From contig NC_007484.1 in assembly GCF_000012805.1 (NCBI RefSeq), forward strand, positions 2,760,001-2,792,000: 32,000 bases of DNA. The letters are read 5' to 3'. The DNA comes from Nitrosococcus oceani ATCC 19707. Lineage in GTDB: Bacteria > Pseudomonadota > Gammaproteobacteria > Nitrosococcales > Nitrosococcaceae. Positions 7,958 to 17,303 of this stretch are shown here, piece after piece. The translations under genes and the position numbers were made by a program. Below the pieces are notes generated by a model. That model saw only the letters and a list, made by a program, of their open reading frames with translations. It searched no databases and was not told where the DNA came from. Numbering within the stretch: the stretch's first letter is position 1; every line of letters starts with the position of its first letter.

Positions 7958-8514
7958 AGACTCAATTTTTCTTTTACCATAAACAAAGCGGCAATGCTGC
8001 GGGCCTCGGTACAATCCTCCCGGGCTAGTAACGCTGGTAATTCCGCTAAACGCCATGGCACCACCCCGATCTCCTCGGGTTCATCCCCTGGGCGGCGTTC
8101 TTCGTAGAGTTCCTCCGCCATGATTATATGAGTGGTATGTTCCATATAACCGGGCGCTACCGTCAAGGCAGTAAGATAAGCAAGACGGCTAGCCCCATAC
8201 CCCACTTCTTCCATTAACTCCCGATTAGCCGCTGCGAATAGTGTTTCTCCTGTCTCAACCCGTCCCTTGGGCAAGGCTAATTCATATCGCTCGGTACCGA
8301 CCGCATATTCCCGAATAAGCAACACGGTCTCTCGGTCTAGCAAGGGCACAATTAAAACCGCGCCATGTCTTCCACTTCTAAGGCGCTCATAGCGAGTTTC
8401 AACACCGTTGGAAAAACACAGATCGACGGTCTCCACCCGAAACAACTGCGTCCTAGCGACCGTTTCCGTGGCAATAATTTGCGGCTTGATGGGTTCTTTA
8501 TCGGCCACACACAA
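7954..8514 (-). CDS. nudE: ADP compounds hydrolase NudE (Nudix family)
   Basis: 186 aa. TVARTQLFRVETVDLCFSNGVETRYERL plus the Nudix box GRVETGETLFAAANRELMEEVGY. The nudE-cysQ pairing is common in Gammaproteobacteria. Confidence 0.8.
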   Translation of the reverse strand: MCVADKEPIKPQIIATETVARTQLFRVETVDLCFSNGVETRYERLRSGRHGAVLIVPLLDRETVLLIREYAVGTERYELALPKGRVETGETLFAAANRELMEEVGYGASRLAYLTALTVAPGYMEHTTHIIMAEELYEERRPGDEPEEIGVVPWRLAELPALLAREDCTEARSIAALFMVKEKLSL

Positions 8515-8571
8515 CTCAATAGAAAATGTATTTTAAGACAATACCACAACCCAGGATTAAATCCGATAATA

Positions 8572-8655
8572 CCGCACCCCAGACCCGCTAGAATTCCAGC
8601 TATCTGAGCATTTTGCAGAAAAGCAACATGGCTAAATGCCTCAATTAAAAGACAT
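8572..8655 (-). pseudogene. znuB: degraded 84-bp copy of the znuB 5' end (direct repeat of 9439-9519)
   Basis: ccgcaccccagacccgctagaattccagctatctgagcattttgcagaaaagcaacatggctaaatgcctc...cat aligns with cacaccccaaacccgctagaattccagctatcagggcattttgaagaaaagcgacatgaccaaatgcctc...cat. It encodes IEAFSHVAFLQNAQIAGILAGLGCGIIG versus ZnuB WEAFGHVAFLQNALIAGILAGLGCGVVG, but one extra base after the ATG gives ATG TCT TTT AAT TGA. Confidence 0.7.
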
Positions 8656-8688
8656 GCGTTTCCAACACCACCCTCACCGCGCCTACGG

Positions 8689-9519
8689 TTAGCGCTGTGC
8701 CCGCCAGCGTTGCCGCAATCCCGTGCCTACAGTAGAAAATAAATAAGCGCCTCCCGTCACCAACACAATCGTGGAGCCCGCTGGTAAATCCGGCTCATAA
8801 GAAATGGCTAAGCCAGCGCTAGTAAATAGCATCCCTAAGAGAGAGGCTAGCAGCATCATACCGACCAGAGACCCCATATATTGACCAGCAATGGCCGCAG
8901 GCAACATTAACAAAGCAATAACTAGAATTAAACCGACTACTTGAATTAAAAGAACTACCGTGAGCGCTACCATGCAGAGGAGTAGCAAATAGAAAAAAGT
9001 AACCGGAACTCCCCTGAGGCGGGCAAATTCCTCATCAAAGCTAAGGGCAAGAAATTGCTTATAGAACAACATCACAGTAAGGATAATCACTCCATCCACG
9101 GCGGCCATCAAGTAAAGTTGCGCCTGCGATACCATCAGGATATTGCCAAACAGATAGCCCATCAGATCAACGTTGTAACCTGGCGTGCGAGAGATAAAAA
9201 TCATCCCTACCGCCATCCCCATGGACCAGAACGCACTAATTAAGGTATCTTCCCGTTCCCGCCATTGCAAACTTACCCAGCCAATAAGCAATGCTGCCAG
9301 CAAAGCAGCCACTAAAGCCCCTGACAAGGGGCTTTTACCTAGATAATAGGCTACCCCCATACCTCCCAAAACCGTATGGGCGATGCCTCCCGCCAGAAAG
9401 CCAATCCGCTTAACTACTACAAAGCTGCCAACAACACCACACCCCAAACCCGCTAGAATTCCAGCTATCAGGGCATTTTGAAGAAAAGCGACATGACCAA
9501 ATGCCTCCCAAAAATCCAT
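8689..9519 (-). CDS. znuB: zinc ABC transporter permease ZnuB
   Basis: 276 aa, polytopic membrane protein of the ABC-3 family. Follows znuC by 5 nt in a zur-znuACB cluster. Confidence 0.9.
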   Translation of the reverse strand: MDFWEAFGHVAFLQNALIAGILAGLGCGVVGSFVVVKRIGFLAGGIAHTVLGGMGVAYYLGKSPLSGALVAALLAALLIGWVSLQWREREDTLISAFWSMGMAVGMIFISRTPGYNVDLMGYLFGNILMVSQAQLYLMAAVDGVIILTVMLFYKQFLALSFDEEFARLRGVPVTFFYLLLLCMVALTVVLLIQVVGLILVIALLMLPAAIAGQYMGSLVGMMLLASLLGMLFTSAGLAISYEPDLPAGSTIVLVTGGAYLFSTVGTGLRQRWRAQR

Positions 9520-9524
9520 GGAGA

Positions 9525-10256
9525 TTAATGAGTATGGTCAATCATGCGCACACTGGCGCCATAGAGCTGCTTGATGATTTCTCCGCTGACGGCCGCTGTC
9601 TCATGGCAGATTAAAGTCTGGTTGAGGCAAGCAACCCGATTGACATAATGGGAAATAAAACCGATATCATGAGAAACAACGACAATAGTCATCTGCTGAT
9701 TAAGTTGCCTAAGCAAGTGAAAGAAATTCTCTTCTAGGCGCAGATCCACATGGGCGGTCGGCTCATCCAGGATCAAAATTTCAGGTTCCATAGCCAAAGC
9801 CCGTGCAATCAATACCCGCTGGCGCTGCCCCCCAGAGAGGGCGGCTAAAGGGCGGGTGCTAAACTCCAGAATTTCCACCTGCTCCATGGCGCGCCGGGCA
9901 AAGGCTCGATCCTCTCGCGTATAGCCACCAATAACCCGGGTTTTACCTAATCGCCCCTGGAGGACAGCTGCCTCTACTGAAATCGGAAAATCTTCAGGAA
10001 AAGCGGTATGCTGGGGCACGTAACCCATTGCCGCCCGTCCCTGCTCAGGCGGCAAGCCTAGCACGGAAACGTGGCCGGATAGGGGTCTCAACAATCCTAG
10101 AATTATTTTAAGCAGGGTACTCTTCCCCCCTCCATTAGGACCCACCAGCCCTAAGAACTCGCCCCGATACACCTCAAGGTTAATACGCTCCAGCACCCTA
10201 GGGCCAGAATAAGAAAAGCAAACATCTTTAATCGAGACGACTAGCTCCTGTTTCAC
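9525..10256 (-). CDS. znuC: zinc ABC transporter ATP-binding protein ZnuC (GTG start overlapping the znuA stop)
   Basis: Walker A GPNGGGKST, signature LSGGQRQR, Walker B ILILDEP. GTGA overlap with znuA at 10253-10256. Confidence 0.9.
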   Translation of the reverse strand: MKQELVVSIKDVCFSYSGPRVLERINLEVYRGEFLGLVGPNGGGKSTLLKIILGLLRPLSGHVSVLGLPPEQGRAAMGYVPQHTAFPEDFPISVEAAVLQGRLGKTRVIGGYTREDRAFARRAMEQVEILEFSTRPLAALSGGQRQRVLIARALAMEPEILILDEPTAHVDLRLEENFFHLLRQLNQQMTIVVVSHDIGFISHYVNRVACLNQTLICHETAAVSGEIIKQLYGASVRMIDHTH

Positions 10257-11146
10257 CGGAGTACCTTTGCCAACACGGTGGCCACATGACGCAGGTTGCG
10301 CCCATAATCTTCTGCCAAGGGATCGAGAACGATAACTTCGGCGCCAATAGCGCGGGCAATCAGCTCCGCATTGCTTCGGCTTGATTGCTTCTGTACGAAA
10401 ATAGCCCGAAACTCTTCCTGGCGGCCCTGTTCAATCAGCGCGGCTAAAGACTTGGCGCCAGGTTCCTTACCTGCCCGCTCGATAGGAATTTCTTCTAACC
10501 CATACGTACGGGCAAAATAACGCCAAGCCGGATGAAAAACCATAAAACGGCGATGAGTAATCCCAGCTAGGGTTTGACGGATATACTGATCGAGCTGATT
10601 AAGATCCTGAATAAACGCTTGGTAGTTTTTCTCAAATTGGCTACTAGAAACTGGATGTGCGGCAATCAGCGCATTTCGAATATGGGCCGCCATAATTTTT
10701 ACTAAAGGGGGACTCGTCCAAATATGGGGATCGGCCATCCCATGTTGATCTCCTGCTTCCAAGGCGGGATGGCCCTTCCTCACTGGCAATAAAGAAATAC
10801 CCCGCCGGCAATCCACCACCTCCATCCTCGGATTAGCAGCAATAATTCGCTCTAGCCAGATATTCTCAAAGGGGATGCCAATACGAAAATAAAGCTTAGC
10901 TTGAGCTAGTTTTGCCATCTGCCGGGGAGTAGGTTCGTAAGTCTCAGGGCTCTGGCCTTGCCTCACCATTACCGAAACCTGTACCTGGCGACCACCAATT
11001 CGCTCTACAAAATACTTTTGAGGCAAAATACTAACAAAGACAGGAAGAGGGTCCGCAGTATAAGCACAAGGACTCCAGCATCCTATCCAGGCTGCCAGTA
11101 AACTCGCAAGATAAGACCGGGGGCTCCCGTTACCGAATTTCATCAC
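10253..11146 (-). CDS. znuA: periplasmic zinc/metal-binding protein ZnuA (TroA-like cluster A-I SBP)
   Basis: 297 aa with a signal peptide. Motifs SILPQKYFVERIGG, ETYEPTPRQ, DPHIWTSP, FHPAWRYFARTYGL. It has only a short acidic/His loop (EAGDQHGMADPH). Confidence 0.85.
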   Translation of the reverse strand: MMKFGNGSPRSYLASLLAAWIGCWSPCAYTADPLPVFVSILPQKYFVERIGGRQVQVSVMVRQGQSPETYEPTPRQMAKLAQAKLYFRIGIPFENIWLERIIAANPRMEVVDCRRGISLLPVRKGHPALEAGDQHGMADPHIWTSPPLVKIMAAHIRNALIAAHPVSSSQFEKNYQAFIQDLNQLDQYIRQTLAGITHRRFMVFHPAWRYFARTYGLEEIPIERAGKEPGAKSLAALIEQGRQEEFRAIFVQKQSSRSNAELIARAIGAEVIVLDPLAEDYGRNLRHVATVLAKVLR

Positions 11147-11164
11147 CCTCGCCCTGCCGGGCTT

Positions 11165-11656
11165 CTAATCCCCACTACACTGAGGGCATAATCCCCTAAT
11201 TTCTACAGTCTGACGATCCACTCGAAAACCTAAATATTTCGCTTCCCTAGTAATAATCCCGGTAATCTCAGGCGCGTCCAATTCAGCTACGGTACCGCAC
11301 CGTCGGCATAACAAAAATTGTCCAATGTGAAGCCGATCCGGATCGCCGCAGCCTACATAAGCATTGAGGGTTTCCACCCGGTGAATCAAACCTGTCTGGA
11401 GCAGAAAATCCAGGGCTCTATACACAGTGGGAGGAGCAGCGGCCTGATGCTCCTGGCGCAGCTGTTCGAGAATATCGTACGCCTTAGCTGGCTCGTGGCG
11501 ATCCCATATTAATTCTAAAACCCGGCGCCGCAGCTTGGTCAGCCGCAATCCTCGGCTAGCACAGGTTTTTTCCGCTACAGCCAGCGCATTCCGGATACAA
11601 CGCCAGTGATCGTGGCTAGGCCCCTTAAAGGGGACTAGGATATTAGTATGGGACAT
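11165..11656 (-). CDS. zur: Fur-family zinc uptake regulator Zur
   Basis: 163 aa. LTKLRRRVLELIW winged-helix region, and CxxC pairs (LCRRCG ... CPQC) typical of Fur/Zur. It lies directly upstream of znuACB on the same strand. Confidence 0.8.
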   Translation of the reverse strand: MSHTNILVPFKGPSHDHWRCIRNALAVAEKTCASRGLRLTKLRRRVLELIWDRHEPAKAYDILEQLRQEHQAAAPPTVYRALDFLLQTGLIHRVETLNAYVGCGDPDRLHIGQFLLCRRCGTVAELDAPEITGIITREAKYLGFRVDRQTVEIRGLCPQCSGD

Positions 11657-11681
11657 TAAAAACCCCGATTACGCCTAGCAA

Positions 11682-11702
11682 CGTAACTTTATAACATAAT
11701 TT
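11682..11702 (-). promoter_or_regulatory. candidate Zur box upstream of zur-znuACB
   Basis: The minus strand reads aaattATGTTATAAagttacg, 26-46 nt upstream of the zur ATG. ATGTTATAA equals the conserved half of the gammaproteobacterial Zur-box palindrome core. The second half is degenerate. Confidence 0.3.
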
Positions 11703-11731
11703 TTAGAGTTAGGGAAAATGTACGCGGAAAG

Positions 11732-11760
11732 GAAAAAAATCAGCGGGCACCGCAGCGCCC
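11732..11760 (-). terminator. probable intrinsic terminator after clpA
   Basis: The minus strand reads gggcgc-tgcg-gtgccc (6-bp stem with one G-U pair), then gctgattttttt. It starts ~36 nt after the clpA stop. Confidence 0.4.
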
Positions 11761-11795
11761 AGGGCTGCCTCTAAAAATACTTCAACTACAGGGGA

Positions 11796-14066
11796 CTAAC
11801 TGCTGCTGCCACTTTGGCAAGCTAGCCTAAGCTCGCCTCCAACTACCTCGACCGCCACATGCCCCTCCTTGGCCAACTTACCAAATAATAACTCTTCCGC
11901 TAGAGGTCTTTTAATTCTTTCCTGTATGAGGCGCGCCATAGGGCGGGCGCCCATTTTCTCATCATAGCCATGTTTGGCAAGCCAAGCCCGAGCCGTTTCG
12001 CTTACCTCAAGGGTCACATTTTTATCTTGCAGGAGAAACTCCAATTCAAATATAAACTTATCTACAACTCTGCTAATGGCGGGCGCATCCAGGGACTGAA
12101 ACTGGATAATGTCATCCAATCGGTTGCGAAACTCAGGGCTAAATGTCCGCCGGATCACTTCCATGGCATCACTAGAATGGTCTTGCAGCGTAAAGCCTAT
12201 GGAAGTCCGGCTAATCTCCTGCGCCCCGGCGTTGGAAGTCATGATCAGAATAACATTACGAAAGTCCGCCTTGCGCCCGTTATTATCCGTCAGCGTGCCA
12301 TGGTCCATCACTTGCAGCAGCAAATTAAACACATCTGGATGCGCCTTTTCGATTTCATCAAGCAGCAAAACCGCATGAGGATTCTTGCAAATAGCCTCCG
12401 TCAGCAACCCTCCTTGATCGTAGCCTACATAGCCCGGCGGCGCCCCGATAAGGCGGGATACCGTATGACGCTCCATATATTCAGACATATCAAAACGGAT
12501 GAGCTCAATACCCAGAATATGGGCCAATTGGCGAGTCACTTCCGTCTTGCCAACACCGGTTGGACCGGAAAACAAGAAAGATCCCACCGGCCGGTCAGTA
12601 TCTCCTAACCCCGAGCGGGACATTTTGATGGCTGCACCCAGCGCCTCAATAGCTTTATCCTGCCCAAAAATAACGCGCTTGAGATTAGCTTCCAGCTTAG
12701 CCAGACTTTCCTTATCGGAAGCGGAGACGTGCTTAGGCGGAATACGGGCCATCTTAGCGACTACCGTTTGCACATCCTGCACTCCAATGACCTTTTTGCG
12801 CCTGGAAGGTGTAAGTAACTGCTGGCTGGCGCCACATTCATCAAGCACATCAATGGCCTTGTCCGGAAGGTGGCGATCATTAATATAACGGGCTGAAAGT
12901 TCAGCAGCCGTCCGCAATGCAGCCTGGGAAAAACGGAGTTTATGATGTGCTTCCAAGCGTGGTTTCAGTCCACGCAAAATCTGTACTGTTTCCTCTACCG
13001 AAGGCTCGGGGATATCAATTTTCTGAAATCGGCGTGCTAAAGCCCGATCCTTCTCAAAAATATTCCGGTATTCTTGATAGGTGGTGGAGCCAATACATTT
13101 TAATTCACCAGAAGCCAACGCGGGCTTAATAAGATTAGAAGCATCCATCACCCCGCCAGAAGCCGAACCCGCCCCAATCACAGTATGAATCTCGTCGATA
13201 AAGAGGATAGCGGATTTTTCTTTTTTCAGCTGGGACAAAATTCCTTTTAAACGCTTTTCAAAATCCCCCCGATACTTAGTGCCAGCCAATAACGTCCCCA
13301 TATCCAGGCTGTAAATGGTGCAGTCCCGTAAAATATCGGGAATATCCCCTTCGGAGATTTTCCAGGCCAGCCCCTCGGCCAAGGCTGTTTTACCTACTCC
13401 AGCCTCACCGACAAACAAAGGATTGTTCTTACGCCGGCGACACAAAATCTGGATTGTCCGCTCCAATTCCAGGCTGCGCCCAATCAAAGGGTCAATTCTT
13501 CCCTGCGCCGCTAGCCGGTTAAGATTGGTGGCATAAGTCTCTAGCGGGTTTTGCCCAGAGGTTTCAGCACCGGCGGTCTCCGCCTCTTCCGGAGCGCCAG
13601 CCGAATCCCCACCGCTGCCTTGGGGATCAACCTTACTGATACCATGGGAAATGTAATTGACGATATCCAAACGAGTCATATGCTGGCGCTTTAGAAAATA
13701 AACGGCTTGGGACTGCTGCTCCCCATAAATAGCAACCAAAACATTAGCGCCGGTAACTTCCTTTTGCCCCGATGACTGAACCTGGAGTACCGCCCGTTGC
13801 AACACCCTTTGAAAACCAAGGGTTGGCTGAGTGTCCCGCCCATCCTCGGTCGATAATAGGGGTGTGGTTTCATTTAGAAAAACCGTGATTTCTTGTTTTA
13901 ATTGCTCCAGATTGGCACCACAGGCGCGTAATACAGCAGCTGCTGCCGGATTATCCAGCATGGCAAACAAGAGGTGCTCTACAGTGAGAAATTCATGCAT
14001 TCTCTCCCGTGCATCTTTAAAGGCATGGTTCAGGCTTGTTTCTAGGTCCCTGCTTAACATGGCCAA
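11796..14066 (-). CDS. clpA: ATP-dependent Clp protease ATP-binding subunit ClpA
   Basis: 756 aa. Clp N-domain and two AAA+ modules (GEAGVGKTA and GPTGVGKTE Walker A motifs). Sits downstream of clpS. Confidence 0.95.
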   Translation of the reverse strand: MAMLSRDLETSLNHAFKDARERMHEFLTVEHLLFAMLDNPAAAAVLRACGANLEQLKQEITVFLNETTPLLSTEDGRDTQPTLGFQRVLQRAVLQVQSSGQKEVTGANVLVAIYGEQQSQAVYFLKRQHMTRLDIVNYISHGISKVDPQGSGGDSAGAPEEAETAGAETSGQNPLETYATNLNRLAAQGRIDPLIGRSLELERTIQILCRRRKNNPLFVGEAGVGKTALAEGLAWKISEGDIPDILRDCTIYSLDMGTLLAGTKYRGDFEKRLKGILSQLKKEKSAILFIDEIHTVIGAGSASGGVMDASNLIKPALASGELKCIGSTTYQEYRNIFEKDRALARRFQKIDIPEPSVEETVQILRGLKPRLEAHHKLRFSQAALRTAAELSARYINDRHLPDKAIDVLDECGASQQLLTPSRRKKVIGVQDVQTVVAKMARIPPKHVSASDKESLAKLEANLKRVIFGQDKAIEALGAAIKMSRSGLGDTDRPVGSFLFSGPTGVGKTEVTRQLAHILGIELIRFDMSEYMERHTVSRLIGAPPGYVGYDQGGLLTEAICKNPHAVLLLDEIEKAHPDVFNLLLQVMDHGTLTDNNGRKADFRNVILIMTSNAGAQEISRTSIGFTLQDHSSDAMEVIRRTFSPEFRNRLDDIIQFQSLDAPAISRVVDKFIFELEFLLQDKNVTLEVSETARAWLAKHGYDEKMGARPMARLIQERIKRPLAEELLFGKLAKEGHVAVEVVGGELRLACQSGSSS

Positions 14067-14203
14067 TCACCTCTCTTCAGGCGGGCTATACCGACAAATA
14101 AAAAAATCATCAAAAACCCTATATCTTCATTATAGGACGCTACCGCAGCCCGCTGTGAGCCGCAATACCCTGCCTATGAATAGGCGGTTACCAATTCTAT
14201 GTT

Positions 14204-14527
14204 TTACGCCCTTTCTAAAACACACTTTAGCGGATGTTGGTGATTCATAGAATACTCATTTACCTGAGATGCCTTTGTTTCCGCAATCTCATAGGTAAAA
14301 ACCCCACAGATTCCCTTCCCTTCGGTATGAACCTGCCACATAACACGCGTGGCCTTTTCTCTATCCATAGCAAAGAAAGCTTGTAATACCTTAACAACAA
14401 ATTCCATCGGCGTGTAATCATCATTAAGCATCACCACTTTATACAGAGGTGGCCGCTTGAGCTTTGGCTTTGCCGTATCTACGGCAAAGCCGCCTTCATT
14501 ATCTTCATCCAGATTTATCTTACCCAT
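14204..14527 (-). CDS. clpS: ATP-dependent Clp protease adaptor ClpS
   Basis: [27 protein letters not shown] is the core ClpS motif. The ATG at 14527 (MGKINLDED...) is preceded by AGGAGG; the track ORF start at 14587 lacks an RBS. Confidence 0.9.
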   Translation of the reverse strand: MGKINLDEDNEGGFAVDTAKPKLKRPPLYKVVMLNDDYTPMEFVVKVLQAFFAMDREKATRVMWQVHTEGKGICGVFTYEIAETKASQVNEYSMNHQHPLKCVLERA

Positions 14528-14710
14528 AAAGTAACCCCGATTCCTCCTAACCATCTTTTTCGATTGAAGAGAAAATCGGTACTGCAATAATTATAGAATC
14601 CTAATTTGTATAATAAATAGGCTATTGCGCCGATTTCAAGGGAGGAAAACGCGTCAGTGCCTACGCGAAGCACTCCGCCCACTATCCGCCCCTAGGTGAC
14701 AAACAACCAA

Positions 14711-15043
14711 CTATCCTTCCTCCGAGGTATGAGGGACAACCTCCTGCACCTTTGTTTGCAATTCCCCGCTTTCAAATAATTCCAGGATAATGTCACATCC
14801 TCCCACCAACTCACCATTAATATACAGCTGAGGAAAGGTCGGCCAGTTTGAATATTGAGGCAGAAGAGCACGGACTTCTGGATTGGCAAGCACATCAACA
14901 TAGGCAAATTCCGTACCACAAGCCTGTAGTGCCTGAACTGTCCGACCAGAAAAGCCACACTGAGGAAATTGAGGCGAGCCTTTCATAAATAAAATTATCG
15001 AATTAGATTCGACGGCCTGCTTAATCTGTTCCATGGTATCCAT
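14711..15043 (-). CDS. grxD: Grx4-family monothiol glutaredoxin
   Basis: The CGFS active site sits in ILFMKGSPQFPQCGFS, with WPTFPQLYINGELVGGCDI. The start is probably M10 of the track ORF (GGAG lies 9 nt upstream). The maximal ORF extends to 15070. Confidence 0.9.
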   Translation of the reverse strand: MDTMEQIKQAVESNSIILFMKGSPQFPQCGFSGRTVQALQACGTEFAYVDVLANPEVRALLPQYSNWPTFPQLYINGELVGGCDIILELFESGELQTKVQEVVPHTSEEG

Positions 15044-15347
15044 AACGCACTGCTCCAAAATATCATGCATTTTAAATTAAGTTTGACTAACCTTAGTCAT
15101 AGCGCAAAGGTTTCTTCCCCTCTAGCCTACTTATTAAGAAGCTGAGCTGCAACGCTTTGCTTGCTAAAACCCGATATCAACCTTATAGGGTCTCGCCGGC
15201 ATTCATAGCAGCCTATTAAAACCTAAATCGCGCTAGCTGCTGCCCTTGCAATCACTGCCTAGGCCCACTTAGACTACTCTTAAATATTGTTAATAAGTAT
15301 TCTATTTATACCATATCTAACCCACGATACGACAAAGGAGATTAAAC

Positions 15348-15929
15348 ATGACTCATCGTTTACCAGAACTCCCTTACGCCCTGAACGCCCTAGAGCCCCA
15401 TATTTCCCAGGAGACGCTCGAATACCATTATGGCAAGCATCACCAAACCTATGTGGATAAACTCAATGGACTTGTCCCTGGAACGGAATTTGAGAACGCC
15501 TCCCTAGAAGAAATCATTACCAAGGCTTCCGGTACGCTCTTCAATAATGGCGCGCAAGTATGGAATCACACCTTTTATTGGAATTGCCTAACGCCCCAGG
15601 GAGGCGGTGAACCCAGCGGCGCCTTATTAGAGGCTATAGAAAAAAATTTTGGTTCGTTTAGCGATTTTAAAGAAAAATTTAGCCAATCGGCCACCACTCT
15701 GTTTGGTTCGGGCTGGGCCTGGCTAGTCAAAAATTCCGATGGTTCCTTAGACATTGTAGGTACCAGCAACGCAGGTAACCCCCTGACCGAAGGTAAAACT
15801 CCTTTACTCACCTGCGATGTCTGGGAGCATGCATACTATATTGATTACCGTAACGCTCGGCCCAAATACCTGGAAGCCTTCTGGAAGCTGGCTAACTGGG
15901 ATTTTGTTGCCAAGAATCTGGCGAACTAA
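15348..15929 (+). CDS. sodB: Fe superoxide dismutase
   Basis: 193 aa. [55 protein letters not shown]. Confidence 0.95.
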   Translation: MTHRLPELPYALNALEPHISQETLEYHYGKHHQTYVDKLNGLVPGTEFENASLEEIITKASGTLFNNGAQVWNHTFYWNCLTPQGGGEPSGALLEAIEKNFGSFSDFKEKFSQSATTLFGSGWAWLVKNSDGSLDIVGTSNAGNPLTEGKTPLLTCDVWEHAYYIDYRNARPKYLEAFWKLANWDFVAKNLAN

Positions 15930-16052
15930 TCTGCTAAAGAGCTATCCACTAAACGGAGTAAACGCTCCTTCAACAACCCTCCTTCATCATCCAACCCAGC
16001 CTAGGGATGGACTTTTTCAGTCTCTTATGAATAAAATCCCTTTTTAATCCCT

Positions 16053-16081
16053 GGCAGCCCCTAAAAGGGGCTGCCTTTTTC
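16053..16081 (+). terminator. Rho-independent terminator after sodB
   Basis: ggcagcccc-taaaa-ggggctgcc is a perfect 9-bp GC-rich stem followed by ttttt. Confidence 0.8.
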
Positions 16082-16113
16082 ATTCATAATTTAACGCTAA
16101 TATACGCGCTGTA

Positions 16114-17295
16114 ATGAACGAGCCGTTGATGTCTGCCTATGCCCGCCTGCCGATAGCCTTTGAACGGGGAGAAGGTGCTCGCCTGTGGGATACTGCTGGC
16201 AATGAATACCTGGATGCCCTGGCTGGCGTTGCGGTTTGCGGCCTAGGTCATGCCCACCCCGCCATTACCCAGACAATAAGAGAACAAGCAGGGCTTTTAC
16301 TGCATACCTCTAATTTGTACCGTATTCCCTGGCAGGAAGCCTTGGCCACCCAGCTTAACACCCTAGCCGGAATGGAACGGGCCTTTTTTGCCAACTCCGG
16401 CGCTGAAGCCAATGAAGCCGCCCTCAAAATAGCGCGCCGCTACGGGCACAGACGAGGAATTGACTCTCCAAAGATTATCGTGATGACGGGCAGCTTCCAT
16501 GGGCGTACTCTCGCAACTTTGAGCGCAACCGGAAATAGCAAGATTCACGCTGGCTTTGAACCCTTAGTTCAGAATTTTATCCGGGTCCCTTATAATGATG
16601 TGTCCGCCCTAGAGCAACTCCCTGGGCAGCTCCGCCAAGACGTCGTTGCTGTCCTGCTGGAACCCATTCAAGGGGAAGGGGGCATCGTGGTTCCAGACGA
16701 CACCTACCTCGATCAGATCCGGACAATCTGCGATACTCAGGATTGGTTACTGATGCTTGATGAAGTCCAAACCGGGCTTTGCCGTACCGGCCGTTGGTTC
16801 GCTTTCCAGCACAGCCAGTCACAGCCAGATGTCATAACCCTGGCTAAAAGCCTAGGTAATGGTATTCCCATTGGAGTTTGTCTTGCCCGGGGTGAAGCCG
16901 CCCAGGTAATACAACCCGGCAGCCATGGCTCCACCTGTGGCGGTAACCCCCTAGCCTGCCGAACTGCCTTGACAGTATTAGAAACTCTCGAGCAGCAGGA
17001 TCTATCCGCCCGAGCAGAACAATTAGGCCAGAGAATGCTAGAAGCGTTTCGGGAAACACTCCGCGATTTGCCGGAGATCCAGGCTATCCGGGGGAAAGGT
17101 TTAATGTTAGGCATTATGCTCGATCGGCCCTGCGGTAAGCTAATGCAAGCGGCCTTAGCAGAAAGGCTGCTAATTAATGTCACGGCTGGTAATGTCATCC
17201 GTTTGCTTCCCCCTTTAATTATTAGCGATAAGGAAGCCGATATCATTATTACGAAAATCGACAAACTGATCAGAGCGTTTCTTAAAAACGGATAG
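16114..17295 (+). CDS. argD: acetylornithine (or succinylornithine) aminotransferase, class III PLP enzyme
   Basis: 393 aa. [46 protein letters not shown] (PLP lysine). Immediately upstream of argF. Confidence 0.85.
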   Translation: MNEPLMSAYARLPIAFERGEGARLWDTAGNEYLDALAGVAVCGLGHAHPAITQTIREQAGLLLHTSNLYRIPWQEALATQLNTLAGMERAFFANSGAEANEAALKIARRYGHRRGIDSPKIIVMTGSFHGRTLATLSATGNSKIHAGFEPLVQNFIRVPYNDVSALEQLPGQLRQDVVAVLLEPIQGEGGIVVPDDTYLDQIRTICDTQDWLLMLDEVQTGLCRTGRWFAFQHSQSQPDVITLAKSLGNGIPIGVCLARGEAAQVIQPGSHGSTCGGNPLACRTALTVLETLEQQDLSARAEQLGQRMLEAFRETLRDLPEIQAIRGKGLMLGIMLDRPCGKLMQAALAERLLINVTAGNVIRLLPPLIISDKEADIIITKIDKLIRAFLKNG

Positions 17296-17303
17296 CTGGG
17301 AAG

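Noticed and set aside
8352-8607. ORFs 8352..8549 (-) and 8365..8607 (+) between nudE and znuB
   Set aside because: The minus ORF is read-through from the degraded znuB 5' fragment into the nudE upstream region and coding region. The plus ORF is antisense to both. Neither has an RBS or motifs.
11970-12608. 212-aa ORF on the plus strand (plus 12109..12378, 12499..12888, 13831..14250 and others) inside clpA
   Set aside because: It is antisense to a full-length, clearly functional clpA. The sequences are low-complexity and Arg/Ser/Pro-rich with no recognisable motifs or RBS. These are typical shadow ORFs.
15283-15310. Fur-box-like AT-rich sequence (aaatattgttaataagtattcta) upstream of sodB
   Set aside because: By-eye alignment to GATAATGATAATCATTATC gives only a few matches. 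sodB is usually Fur-controlled indirectly through an sRNA.
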